Below are positions 20,867 to 30,616 of a DNA stretch of 64,000 nt, in pieces. The stretch covers positions 352,001 through 416,000 of the forward strand of contig OY970340.1 in the NCBI GenBank assembly GCA_963717465.1, given 5' to 3'. The notes under the pieces are model-generated. The model made no database searches and was not told the origin of the DNA. It worked only from the letters and a program-made list of their open reading frames with translations. The stretch is from Candidatus Bathyarchaeota archaeon. Lineage in GTDB: Archaea; Thermoproteota; Bathyarchaeia; Bathyarchaeales; Bathycorpusculaceae. Every line of letters starts with the position of its first letter. The first letter of the stretch is position 1. The position numbers and the translations under genes are program-made.

Positions 20867-21125
20867 GGTCTTTTCTCCTTTTCATCGTTTTCGAGAGAAG
20901 CAGGTATAACTGCTTGTTTGCAAGTTGAGCGGGTTCTTTGATTGTTGGTTTTATTATTGCGTAAGGTGCGGTTACTGGGCCTATTATGTCAAAAATTTTT
21001 CCGACGACTTTTAGGTTTTCGTCGACAACTTCTAAGCCAAGTTTCGGGGCGTTTTCGGTTTTTACCACGAGACTTTGTGAAGGAGTAACATTTAAAACTC
21101 TTCCTAATCTCTGCAATCCCTTCAT
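20859..21125 (-). CDS. gar1: H/ACA RNP protein Gar1
   Basis: [15 protein letters not shown]; conserved position upstream of tfb. Confidence 0.9.
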   Translation of the reverse strand: MKGLQRLGRVLNVTPSQSLVVKTENAPKLGLEVVDENLKVVGKIFDIIGPVTAPYAIIKPTIKEPAQLANKQLYLLLSKTMKRRKDHE

Positions 21126-21275
21126 TCCTCTCCGAAAACAAAAAGGGTCACCGTAGATGTATATTTAAAGTTTTCGAAGATTTGATGTAGTGGCAAGTTA
21201 AGGAAAACTATTATCTGGGGAAAACTTCTTAAATAAGAAGCGCGATATGACTTTGCCTTAAAAGGGTGAGGCTTT

Positions 21276-21656
21276 ATGTCAAAACCGTTTTATGTAAAGT
21301 ATGAAGTGCCAAAAGAAGTCGTGGATGCAGCCTATGAAGCCCTACAGATTGCTTCGAAAACCGGCATAGTGAGAAAAGGAACTAATGAGGCGACAAAAGC
21401 TGTTGAACGTTCAATTGCGAAGTTGATTGTGATTGCTGAAGATGTTGATCCGCCTGAAGTGATTGCGCATTTGCCGCTTCTTTGTGATGAAAGGAAGATT
21501 TCGTACGTTTTTGTTCCTAACAAGGATAAGCTTGGCAATGCAGTCGGTATTGATGTTCCATGCGCGTCAGCGTGCATTATTAAGGAAGGAGAAGCTACAG
21601 GGTTAATCAAGGAAATCGTAACCAGGATTGATCAGATCAAACGAGGCTCTAAGTAA
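21276..21656 (+). CDS. rpl7ae: Ribosomal protein L7Ae
   Basis: [12 protein letters not shown] and [15 protein letters not shown]. Confidence 0.97.
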   Translation: MSKPFYVKYEVPKEVVDAAYEALQIASKTGIVRKGTNEATKAVERSIAKLIVIAEDVDPPEVIAHLPLLCDERKISYVFVPNKDKLGNAVGIDVPCASACIIKEGEATGLIKEIVTRIDQIKRGSK

Positions 21657-21889
21657 TGAGCAGCAAGGAAGAGAGAGCAGCGGCAGCGGAAGAGCTTATT
21701 CCATCCGAAGTCATCCAGGTAATCGGGCGTACAGGTGTTACTGGTGAAATTACGCAGGTTCGAGTGCGCATCTTGGAAGGCAAAGACAAAGGCAGAATCA
21801 TTACACGCAACGTTAAAGGTCCAGTGCGAGTTCAAGATATCCTAATGCTGCGAGAGACTGAGCGGGAAGCAAAGAAAATTACAAGATAA
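21656..21889 (+). CDS. rps28e: Ribosomal protein S28e
   Basis: [18 protein letters not shown]...RNVKGPVR...ETEREA. Confidence 0.97.
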   Translation: MSSKEERAAAAEELIPSEVIQVIGRTGVTGEITQVRVRILEGKDKGRIITRNVKGPVRVQDILMLRETEREAKKITR

Positions 21890-21905
21890 ACAAGAGGGTT
21901 AATGA

Positions 21906-22103
21906 ATGCCAAAAGCAAGAAAATGCTCATTTTGCGGTAACAATTTTCCAGCTGGAACAGGAATGATGTACGTAAAAAACGATGGGACAATCTTGTGGTT
22001 TGACTCAGGCAAGTGCAAGAAGAGCTCTTTAGTGTTTGGCAGAGATGCACGCAAACTTAAGTGGACTCAGTACTTTGGTAAAGAAGAGAAAGGCAAAGCG
22101 TAA
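21906..22103 (+). CDS. rpl24e: Ribosomal protein L24e
   Basis: CSFCG..PAGTGMMYVKNDG...RKLKWT. Confidence 0.95.
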   Translation: MPKARKCSFCGNNFPAGTGMMYVKNDGTILWFDSGKCKKSSLVFGRDARKLKWTQYFGKEEKGKA

Positions 22104-22499
22104 ATTAAGCATCCAATCTTAAAGTTTCCTTATTTTTTAATTTTTAGTTTTAACTCGTGTCTGATTTTACGTAGAGGCAACTTTGAGTGAGAATGATGAG
22201 GGAACTCCTGAAGACTTGTTGGTAGTTAAGCCTGCTACTTCTTCGGTTTGGTCTTTTTTTGGACCTTAAAGCTCAACGAGAATGCCGAGAAAGACATTTT
22301 GCCATACCCGTAGATGATCTGGAAAATCTCGGAAAACCCACGAATAGCATGGAAAATTCGTAAATCCTTAGTTCAAATGAGCTGAAAAAAGTGCAAAATG
22401 AGCTGAATGGTATTTAGAAAGCGCAAAATTTCTTGAATTCTGGGAAAATTTTAACTATTTACCAATACTGTTTTAGTTGTTTGTATATACTGTTTTTGT

Positions 22500-22723
22500 A
22501 TGTCAGATGTTGTTACTGTCAGAGTTGAGAAGTTGCTGAAGGAGAAAATAAAAAAGCACAAGATAAACGTGAGCAAGGTTGTTCGGGATGCCCTTGAAGA
22601 AGAGGTAAAGAAGCAGGAAGATGCTAACTGCTGCAGGCCATTGGTGAGGTGAAAACTATTCTGCAGAAAATTCCGAACGATGAAATTGTGAAAGCCGTAA
22701 GAGAATCAAGAGATCAAAGATGA
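22500..22723 (+). pseudogene. vapB: RHH-type antitoxin, frameshifted near 22626
   Basis: MSDVVTVRVEKLLKEKIKKHKINVSKVVRDALEEEV, then ...EIVKAVRESRDQR; ATGA overlap with the toxin. Confidence 0.75.
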
Positions 22724-23141
22724 AAAAATACCTGTTTGACGCCAGTGCACTCATGCTGCTGATAAAAGAGGCAGATGCAAATACTACTGCGAGTTAACTG
22801 CAAGATTCCAATGTCCTCGACTTAACTTTTTATGAGGTTGGAAACGCAATCTGGAAGGAAAGCGCACTAACAAAAATGTTGACAGAAGAGGATTCAAAAA
22901 GAATGCAAAAAACATTCAAACAATCCTTATGAAAACTGACCGCATAACAAGTGAACCTGACACTTTTGAGAGAATCCTTGAAATCGCACAAACAGAAAAA
23001 CTCGCATTCTACGATTCAAGCTACATCCATCATGCAAAAGAAAAAGAACTCCAACTCATAACAGAAGACCAACAACTCAAAACAAAAACCCAAAATTACA
23101 CCAACGCTCAAACCCTAACCGAACTGCTAACCCAAAAGTAA
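22720..23141 (+). pseudogene. vapC: PIN/VapC toxin pseudogene
   Basis: YLFDASA, FYEVGNAIWK, FYDSSY and LITED motifs; in-frame TAA at 22795 plus a frameshift near 22915. Confidence 0.8.
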
Positions 23142-23414
23142 ACAGAAGCAACGATGCAATGGCTAAACTTAACCTAAAAATCATGAAAGTGCTAGAGAAA
23201 TTACAGTTACATTAACAGTCTGAATTATCATCGCATCACAAAAGCTGACCTATGAATTTGATTTGCTTGATTGCTTTAAAAAAATCATCTTTTGAATAGG
23301 TCTCTTCTCTTATTGTAGATTAAAGGGAAGGTGGAAAAACGATTGATTTAAAGCATGAGTAGCGATGGTTATCAAAAGAAAAAAAACTATGCTGATTATG
23401 TACTATAATTCGCG

Positions 23415-24152
23415 TTATGCATGTAAGAGCGCACCAATAATTCCGAAACCAACACCAAATACACCGAAAATAATCACGAGGAGCAAATCCCTCCACTTAT
23501 CAACATATTCTCTTGTCGAATCAACATCATGCTTCGTAGCGAAATCAGCTGATGTTAAGGCAAATCCGGGATTCATATTGAAAGACAAGTTTTTCTGCGC
23601 ATCCGCTATGCTAAATTGAGGTTTTTCATGGAACTTGCTGTATTTTTCTTCAATTTTGTTTGTTTTGCCAACGACAAAATATAGACACCCTTCATGCCGC
23701 CCAATCTTTATTGGTTGATTAGTCATATTAAGTAATGTAGCTGTTAAATGCCCGTGAAAACCAGGATCAACATGCCCCAAAGTAAAAAAGTGGAGGCCTA
23801 AATTAGAAAATCGTGGATTCATAAAAAGCGAGCCGTCGATATCGAATGGCATGTTTATGCATTCTCTTGTCGTGAAGAAGACAAATTTTCCAGGTGGGAT
23901 TATTATTGCGTTTTCAGTGAGCTCCTCTCTAGCTAATTTTCCTATTACATCACCAACATGTAGAATCATAGCATTTCCTTCAAAATTCTTATCGTCAGCA
24001 ATTTCTGTTGGTTTGACGTCCCCCGTTGGGTCGTAAACAAGTCTATTCAAGTTTCCTTTATGTTCTGGGACTTTGCAAATCCCAGTATAATTATCGCAAC
24101 TCCAGCCTTTAATAATTAAATCTTGCATCTCGCCTTGAGTTAAATCCGACAA
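23415..24152 (-). CDS. dCTP deaminase/trimeric dUTPase-fold protein with degenerate active site and C-terminal TM helix
   Basis: IIPPGKFVFFTTRECINMP, GHVDPGFHGHL and LLNMTNQPIKI; C-terminus LLLVIIFGVFGVGFGIIGALL. Confidence 0.8.
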   Translation of the reverse strand: MSDLTQGEMQDLIIKGWSCDNYTGICKVPEHKGNLNRLVYDPTGDVKPTEIADDKNFEGNAMILHVGDVIGKLAREELTENAIIIPPGKFVFFTTRECINMPFDIDGSLFMNPRFSNLGLHFFTLGHVDPGFHGHLTATLLNMTNQPIKIGRHEGCLYFVVGKTNKIEEKYSKFHEKPQFSIADAQKNLSFNMNPGFALTSADFATKHDVDSTREYVDKWRDLLLVIIFGVFGVGFGIIGALLHA

Positions 24153-24242
24153 TAAATCACTTCCTTCGAATCATCTTAATGGTATCAGACTTATCAATTT
24201 TTTGTATTCTAATGATTTAGTGCGAAGTTATTAACATGGTGA

Positions 24243-24548
24243 ATGTGGCCAAATATCCACGGCAATCTTTTTGGTCTACCAATATGTACAATAAATCGAT
24301 CTCGAAAGGCGCTGATAGCAATGCGTTTAATAGAAACTCATCCTGAAAAGTTAAAAAGGCGAAAACTACAGAAATAATTGCCCAACAAAAAGGAATGGAA
24401 ATTAAGTGGTCTTGAAATGGGAAGCAAGCAAATCAATGAAATATCTATAGAGCTTAGTGTAATAAGGATAAATCTCATGGATAAACATTGGATTAAAGTA
24501 ATTACGGATAAAGAATCTGCAAAAATGAGGGTAATAAATGAGCAATGA
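24243..24548 (+). pseudogene. Possible decayed winged-helix protein gene overlapping the cytidine deaminase start
   Basis: One frame reads GLPICTINRSRKALIAMRLIE...K*LPNKKEWKLSG...NEQ*, with internal TAA at 24375. Confidence 0.35.
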
Positions 24549-24957
24549 GGCTTCGAGCAATAATGTTTCTACTACAGATATGAGACTTTGGCAAAAGCTC
24601 GCTGGAAAAGCGTGGGCTTGCAGGAAATATGCTCGTGTTCTAGGAAATACCAAAGTCGGCGCTGCTGTACTTTCTGATGGAAAAATTTTTACTGGGTGCA
24701 ACATTGAACATCAATTCCACAGTCATGACATTCATGCCGAAGTAACTGCGATAAGTAACATGATATCTAACAATCACAAGAGGTTACAAGCGATCGTAAT
24801 TGTTGCTGAGAGACAAAGGTTTACGCCTTGCGGGGCTTGCATGGATTGGATTATCGAATTTGGCGGAGGCAAATGCTTGGTAGGAAATCAGTCCGCCCAA
24901 AACAGCGAAATCAACATTTATCGGGCAAATGAGCTAATGCCTTATTATCCGAAGTAA
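24538..24957 (+). CDS. Cytidine/deoxycytidine deaminase
   Basis: VGAAVL, FTGCNIE, HAE and PCGAC zinc motifs, all intact. Confidence 0.9.
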   Translation: MSNEASSNNVSTTDMRLWQKLAGKAWACRKYARVLGNTKVGAAVLSDGKIFTGCNIEHQFHSHDIHAEVTAISNMISNNHKRLQAIVIVAERQRFTPCGACMDWIIEFGGGKCLVGNQSAQNSEINIYRANELMPYYPK

Positions 24958-25224
24958 AGAAACTATCCTCAATTCTTTAGGCGGGTCTATTGGCAACGCA
25001 TCCTTATTAGTTTTAAACTTTTTTCTCACTGAATTTAGATTTTCACAAACTTCCGCTGGAATTACATCATCTGATGCTTTTGAGGCTTAATTTCTGTTAA
25101 CTTATCATAAGATTAATGGAGTATATATTAATGGTCAGAGATAAGTTACAGAAGGGATTTGGGGCTTTCACATCTTTTTGACGCGCAATCCTTTAATAAT
25201 AATTCACACAATCAATTGAAAATA

Positions 25225-26031
25225 ATGACAGAGATAGCTTTCGATAATGTTGCTCATGAGTTAGGTGTAACACGTGCCTTCTTTGATAGAATCGTCAAAG
25301 ATGGGAAAGAAATTCCATTTCACAGGTCTGGGGCGAGAAATGTTGTTTACAGAACTGACCTGGATAATTATGAAACTATGAAAGAGTCACGAAAAGTCTT
25401 TCTTGGGAAAGACGTTTTTCTTAAAGCTTTGAAATTCGCCTTGGAGATAAATCTTCACGGTCATACAAGAGCAGATTTCGGTACAAAAAGGCAACGTCCC
25501 TTCATGCAAGCTGTGGAGAATTGGACACAGGGAGCACTTGCTGAATTAGCCTTACAAAAATTTATACAAGACAAATACAATCTTGAACTACAAGTTGAGT
25601 TTCGTGTTTTCGATGATGCAATAGTTGGTCAGGACATTGTTGCTGTAAAAAGAAACAAAGTGATAAATCCACCGAGAAAAAAAGTAAGCGTCAAGAGCGG
25701 CAAAACTAATGGCATGTGTTTGTTAGTTCCTACCAATGAAGTTGAAAGTAGCCAAAGATTTTCTGAGTACTATGTTTTTGTAAGAGTAGATTTTCCTGTA
25801 GACACCTTCGTAAGGTTTTATCGTGATGCCCCAGAATTTAGCGACTTTAAAGACAAGATAAGCCCCTTTGAGAATGCGATTGCATATATAGCTGGTTACT
25901 GTGAAAGGACTAACCTTTCCAAAAGAACTGTTCCTGAAATAGGTTTAGCTGATGAAGAGAGGTATGTTCAAATAGTAGGAAACTTGAAAAATCAAGATAG
26001 TGATTGGCAAAATTTTGTCAATGACCTCTAA
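25225..26031 (+). CDS. Excisionase-like HTH fused to a putative PD-(D/E)XK restriction endonuclease
   Basis: N-terminal FDNVAHELGVTRAFFDRIVKDGKEIPFHRSG; core QGALAE...QDIV...VSVKS; YYVFVRV. Confidence 0.65.
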   Translation: MTEIAFDNVAHELGVTRAFFDRIVKDGKEIPFHRSGARNVVYRTDLDNYETMKESRKVFLGKDVFLKALKFALEINLHGHTRADFGTKRQRPFMQAVENWTQGALAELALQKFIQDKYNLELQVEFRVFDDAIVGQDIVAVKRNKVINPPRKKVSVKSGKTNGMCLLVPTNEVESSQRFSEYYVFVRVDFPVDTFVRFYRDAPEFSDFKDKISPFENAIAYIAGYCERTNLSKRTVPEIGLADEERYVQIVGNLKNQDSDWQNFVNDL

Positions 26032-26450
26032 TTAAGTTTAGAGGTCTTTCCAGCTGTTGCTTTAAGAATTCTGCTGATACAGTAACTTAACCTGTGCTTC
26101 ACATCATATTCCCAAATACGTATCACAGTCCATCCTTGCTTCTTCAACTGTCGATTAACCATGCGGTCTCTTTTCTTGTTCCCTGAAATTTTCTTATCCC
26201 AATATTCAACGTTAGTTTTAGGTCTAACAAAACGTTTAGAATTACCATGCCAAAAATCAGAATCAATGAAGATAGCAAGTTTTTTCTCGGAAAAAACAAT
26301 ATCGGGCTTACCCATAATTGCTTTATCATAGACAGTGAAAACTAAGCCTTTTTTTCGCAATTCATTTATCATTATGTTTTCAGCTTTTGTGCCTGTAGAG
26401 CGTATCCTTTGCATGTTCTTTCTACGTTGTTCAGGTGTAAGATTATCCAT
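26028..26450 (-). CDS. vsr: Very short patch repair endonuclease
   Basis: MDNLTPEQRRKNMQRIRS, GKPDIVF, FIDSDFWHG and RIWE. Confidence 0.95.
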   Translation of the reverse strand: MDNLTPEQRRKNMQRIRSTGTKAENIMINELRKKGLVFTVYDKAIMGKPDIVFSEKKLAIFIDSDFWHGNSKRFVRPKTNVEYWDKKISGNKKRDRMVNRQLKKQGWTVIRIWEYDVKHRLSYCISRILKATAGKTSKLN

Positions 26451-26453
26451 TTA

Positions 26454-27443
26454 CTATCTCTTAACAGAAGGCTTAGAAAAATCCATGTAATAAGTTTCAT
26501 TATCAATTTTGTAAAAGACAACATCAGTGCGGCCATATCGTTCTAAATCTTCTTTCTTAACCAGTGCCCCTAATAGTACTTCGAGCCGTTTCCTGAAATA
26601 TATGCCAATAATGCTGTTATTATGAGGTGTATGTATGGCTTTACCATTTTGTTGTGCTCTGGTACAGATCATAACTTTATCATTATCAGTGTAAACAGTA
26701 AAATGTACTTCGACGTCAGGGAAAAAGTCAGTATTATAAACGCTTGAAGGTAACCTTATGTATGCTTGATTAGGCTCTCTGCCCTCTTCAGGTCTCTGCC
26801 CCCAATTTAACCCAGAACGTTTTGGTAACTCGCCATATCTATCAAGCAAAGAGACACGTTCAAATGGCAATCCTTCTAAGACCACACCTTTAGGAACTGC
26901 GGAGGGCTTATCTTCTACGAGTAGTCTCTGCTTGATTAGCCGCCGATAAGTTTGGTCTTCATAAATTGTAACAAGGTTTTCAGCGTCTTGATGATTGCAG
27001 TAAATTGATTCACTGCTCATATTTTCAAAATAATCATTTGCTTCTTTAAGCGGGCATTCAGTCATTAATTCTCTTTGATTACTAAAAGCAGTTTGAGTAT
27101 AGTTTGCTGAACCAGCAAAGGCTATTATCGGTTTTTCATCTTTGAGCCAGATATACATTTTTGAATGCACTGGCGGGCAATTTACGATGTAACTGCAAGT
27201 AAATACATCATTAAACTCATCCATTAATTGCTGAAAACCTCGATGATTGCTTTTAGATAACCCGTCTTGAGAACTCATGCCTAAAATTAATTGTACTTGA
27301 ACGTTTGGGTTTATACTTTTCAATGTATTTAGATGATGAAAAGCCATAGCGGCTGTCGCATAACCAGAGACTATGAGAAGTTTGTTGCAGCCTTTTTGTG
27401 CTGGTTCAATAAGTATTTTGTTAAATAAGTCGTCAATAATCAT
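26454..27443 (-). CDS. PLD-family restriction endonuclease (NgoFVII-like)
   Basis: IVSGYAT, HSKMYIW...GSANYT and SGLNWGQR...REPNQAYI. Confidence 0.85.
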   Translation of the reverse strand: MIIDDLFNKILIEPAQKGCNKLLIVSGYATAAMAFHHLNTLKSINPNVQVQLILGMSSQDGLSKSNHRGFQQLMDEFNDVFTCSYIVNCPPVHSKMYIWLKDEKPIIAFAGSANYTQTAFSNQRELMTECPLKEANDYFENMSSESIYCNHQDAENLVTIYEDQTYRRLIKQRLLVEDKPSAVPKGVVLEGLPFERVSLLDRYGELPKRSGLNWGQRPEEGREPNQAYIRLPSSVYNTDFFPDVEVHFTVYTDNDKVMICTRAQQNGKAIHTPHNNSIIGIYFRKRLEVLLGALVKKEDLERYGRTDVVFYKIDNETYYMDFSKPSVKR

Positions 27444-27467
27444 GTTCGCTATGTCAGTTTGAATTAT

Positions 27468-28571
27468 TTATAAAGTTATCTGTTGCAGTTGTAGCGGTTT
27501 CGATTGCGTAATATTTTGTAAAATTGGTGAAATGTTGGGTTCAACAGATTTATACTCTATTTCAGCAAAAGTTTTCAGAATTGCTTCGAAGACTACTTGA
27601 GCACCTTTCGGCGGGACTGCCATGCCGATCTGACGTCTGACACTTTCTTTAGATCCGCTGAAAGAAAACCAGTCGGGAAATGTTTGTAATCTTGCTCTTT
27701 CTCTATTAGTTAATGCTCTGTTTTCTTTCCAATGATACATATGTGTTCCACCGCCACCGCTTCCCGTAACAGTGTATGCGGGTTTCTTTGGATCTAACCG
27801 TTTGTATAGTTGACTTATTTTGGCACCGTTGACCTTAAGTCTTAGATGTTCAGGTAAATTGGCTGTGAAAACGTTTTCGCCTGCTTTAATATACTGTAAT
27901 CGTTCAATGACATGCTTTGCCTGCTTGGTTAACTCTTGGTTTTTTGCATCGGAAGGTATCGGCGGGTTTTTTAACGCTGTCTTGCATGTTACTGGTGTAT
28001 TGTTTATCGGAGCCGGAACTTTAAAGATTAGAGATAGATCTCTTCTTATCCCAACAATTATTATTCGATGCCGTGATTGTGGAACGTTGTAATACTCAAA
28101 CTTATAGAGGTTAGGTACAATATTGTATCCTGCATCAGCCATTTCTTGCAGGATGACTTTTAGTGCTTTTCCGTCATTTGCATTTCTTAATCCAGCTACG
28201 TTTTCAGCAAGAAACCATTTAGGCTGAAAGTGTTTTAGCGCTTTAATACAGTACTCATAAAGCTGTCCATAAATGCCGTTGAAACCTTTTTTCTCGCCAA
28301 CATCGCTGAAATCGTTGCAGGGAAAACCGAAGGCGAGAGCATCAGCTGAAGGAAGCTGATTCATATCAAGGTCTGCTACATCACAGCAAATTACACTATT
28401 GCTACTAATGTTTTTGCGGTATGTGTTGCAGGCATCTTCGTCATAATCATTCGCCCAAACTGGATTTATGGAAAAATCGGTTGAGCCTTCGGTGACCTTG
28501 GCTGATATTGCGCCGAGGGCTAATCCACCTGCGCCGTTAAATAATTCGCCTAGTCTGAAGCTCATGGTCAC
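27468..28571 (-). CDS. dcm: DNA cytosine-5 methyltransferase
   Basis: FNGAGG, GFPC, ENV, QSRHR, RERARLQTFPD and QIGMAVPP; TRD SGGGGTHMYHW. Confidence 0.95.
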   Translation of the reverse strand: MTMSFRLGELFNGAGGLALGAISAKVTEGSTDFSINPVWANDYDEDACNTYRKNISSNSVICCDVADLDMNQLPSADALAFGFPCNDFSDVGEKKGFNGIYGQLYEYCIKALKHFQPKWFLAENVAGLRNANDGKALKVILQEMADAGYNIVPNLYKFEYYNVPQSRHRIIIVGIRRDLSLIFKVPAPINNTPVTCKTALKNPPIPSDAKNQELTKQAKHVIERLQYIKAGENVFTANLPEHLRLKVNGAKISQLYKRLDPKKPAYTVTGSGGGGTHMYHWKENRALTNRERARLQTFPDWFSFSGSKESVRRQIGMAVPPKGAQVVFEAILKTFAEIEYKSVEPNISPILQNITQSKPLQLQQITL

Positions 28572-28768
28572 CGTATCCCCTTTGTACGTAACTCTTATTT
28601 AAACCTAAGTTAGAATCTGATGTTGAGATCTGAATTTTACCGAATATCCCATTCTTGCGACTATTTCTGCAGGCTAAATTTTACTAAATTCGTAAAAAAT
28701 AATATAAAAATCGGAAAATTTAAATATTATATCTTCATTTATCTTCCCAAACGTGAGGAATCCAGAAT

Positions 28769-29806
28769 ATGATTAGATTTAGTGGTTGCTACACGGCACT
28801 TGTGACACCCATGACTAGTAGTCGTCGAGTGGATTATAGAGGCTTACGTAGCCTAGTAGACTTTCAGATCAGGGAAGGTGTAAAGGGCATTTTAGCGGTT
28901 GGTACCACAGGTGAGAGCCCAACTTTGGATTGGAATGAGCATAACAGGGTTATTGAGGAAGTGCATGAGTACGCGGATAACAGGGTTTTAACTATTGCTG
29001 GAACTGGAAGCAACTCAACTCAAGAAGCCATCGAAGGCACAAAACATGCTATGGAATTGGGCATTAAATCCGTTTTACTTGTGGACCCCTACTATAACGG
29101 GCCAAGTTCACTTGAAATACGAAGAGAATACATTGAGCCCATAGCAAAGGAATTCCCAGAAGTGCAAGTTATCTCTTACATTATTCCTGGCAGAACAGGA
29201 GCACAACTCCTCCCGCAAGACCTAGCGGTCCTCAACCACCAGTACGCAAACGTTCGCTGCGTAAAAGAGGCCACGGGAGACTTGGAGAATATGAAGTTAA
29301 CCCGCAAACTCTGCGGAGATGACTTTGACATTCTCTCAGGCGACGACGACAAAACCTACGCCATGATGACCAGCCCAGACATAAAAGCAGCTGGAGTAAT
29401 ATCCGTCACCAGCAACATCGCGCCAAGAGCAATAGCCGACATGGTCCAGCTTCTACTCGATGGCAACACTCAAGAAGCCACCAAAATCGCCCAAGCACTC
29501 CAACCACTATTCAGCATAGTCACCGTAAAAACAATGGAGAAAACACCCTACGGACCAGCAGCATGCAAAGCCCGAAACCCACTCGCATACAAAACCCTAA
29601 TGAACATACTTGGCATGCCATCAGGACCCTGCAGGCAACCCCTTGGAAAAATGACCCACAACGGCATAGACGTAGTCTTAGCTAACGCAAGAAAAGTTCA
29701 CGAGAACAACCCGGAAATCCTAAAACCCATAGCAGACTACTTCAACGTTGACATAAAAGAACGCCTCTACAACCCAAAATACTTGGAGGGACTCTACTAT
29801 CCTTAA
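28769..29806 (+). CDS. dapA: 4-hydroxy-tetrahydrodipicolinate synthase
   Basis: GTTGESPTL, GTGSNST, PYYN, Schiff-base VKEA and SGDD. Confidence 0.93.
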   Translation: MIRFSGCYTALVTPMTSSRRVDYRGLRSLVDFQIREGVKGILAVGTTGESPTLDWNEHNRVIEEVHEYADNRVLTIAGTGSNSTQEAIEGTKHAMELGIKSVLLVDPYYNGPSSLEIRREYIEPIAKEFPEVQVISYIIPGRTGAQLLPQDLAVLNHQYANVRCVKEATGDLENMKLTRKLCGDDFDILSGDDDKTYAMMTSPDIKAAGVISVTSNIAPRAIADMVQLLLDGNTQEATKIAQALQPLFSIVTVKTMEKTPYGPAACKARNPLAYKTLMNILGMPSGPCRQPLGKMTHNGIDVVLANARKVHENNPEILKPIADYFNVDIKERLYNPKYLEGLYYP

Positions 29807-30593
29807 AATCTGCGTAGCAGGTGCCAGTGGAAGAATGGGCAACGCAATCATAAAAGAAGCTGTAGCCAAAAACCACACAATAGTAGGCGCAATAGAAGCC
29901 CCAAACAACCCCAACATAGGCAAAACACTACGAGAACTCGGCATATACACATCCGACACAAAAATATTAAGCTCCGACAAAATCCCAGAAGCAACACGAG
30001 AAGCTGACATTTACATATCATTCACGGTGCCAGCCGCCGAATTAATGAACATTCCCACAGTAGCCAAACTCGGCAAACGCATAATACTGGGCACGACAGG
30101 ATTTGCGCCTGAGCAGAAACGGCAAGTTGAAGCTGACATGTCAGGCAAAGTCCCAGCTGTTTTCTCACCAAACTACTCAGTAGGCGTCAACATACTCTTC
30201 AAACTAGCAGAAGCCCTGAAAGCTTTTCCAGCAGACTTTAATTTCAGTCTAAGCGAAATCCACCACACCGCCAAAAAAGATGCACCAAGCGGAACCGCCA
30301 AAAAACTCGAAGAAATAATCATGAAAACCCGCGGCTACACAAAAACAGTCTACGGCAGAGAAGGCATAAGCCCACGCATGCCAGAAGAACTCGAATCCGT
30401 CGCGTTAAGAGCAGGCGGAGTCCCAGGAATACATGACATAATCGTCGCAGGACCAAACGAAATGCTCAGAATCGAACACACAGCTTTTTCACGAAACGTT
30501 TTCGCCCAAGGAGCCATCATCGCCGCAGAATGGCTCAGCAAACAAACAGAACCCAAAATCTACAGCATGGCAGACGTACTCAACCTAACATAA
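29799..30593 (+). CDS. dapB: 4-hydroxy-tetrahydrodipicolinate reductase with apparent ATC start
   Basis: LKICVAGASGRMG, GTTGF and EIHHTAKKDAPSGTA. Confidence 0.93.
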   Translation: MLKICVAGASGRMGNAIIKEAVAKNHTIVGAIEAPNNPNIGKTLRELGIYTSDTKILSSDKIPEATREADIYISFTVPAAELMNIPTVAKLGKRIILGTTGFAPEQKRQVEADMSGKVPAVFSPNYSVGVNILFKLAEALKAFPADFNFSLSEIHHTAKKDAPSGTAKKLEEIIMKTRGYTKTVYGREGISPRMPEELESVALRAGGVPGIHDIIVAGPNEMLRIEHTAFSRNVFAQGAIIAAEWLSKQTEPKIYSMADVLNLT

Positions 30594-30616
30594 ACCAAAC
30601 AAACCTAACGTAACCG

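Noticed and set aside
22161..22212. C/D box sRNA (CTGA...ATGATGA...CTGA)
   Set aside because: Box spacing is atypical and no target could be verified
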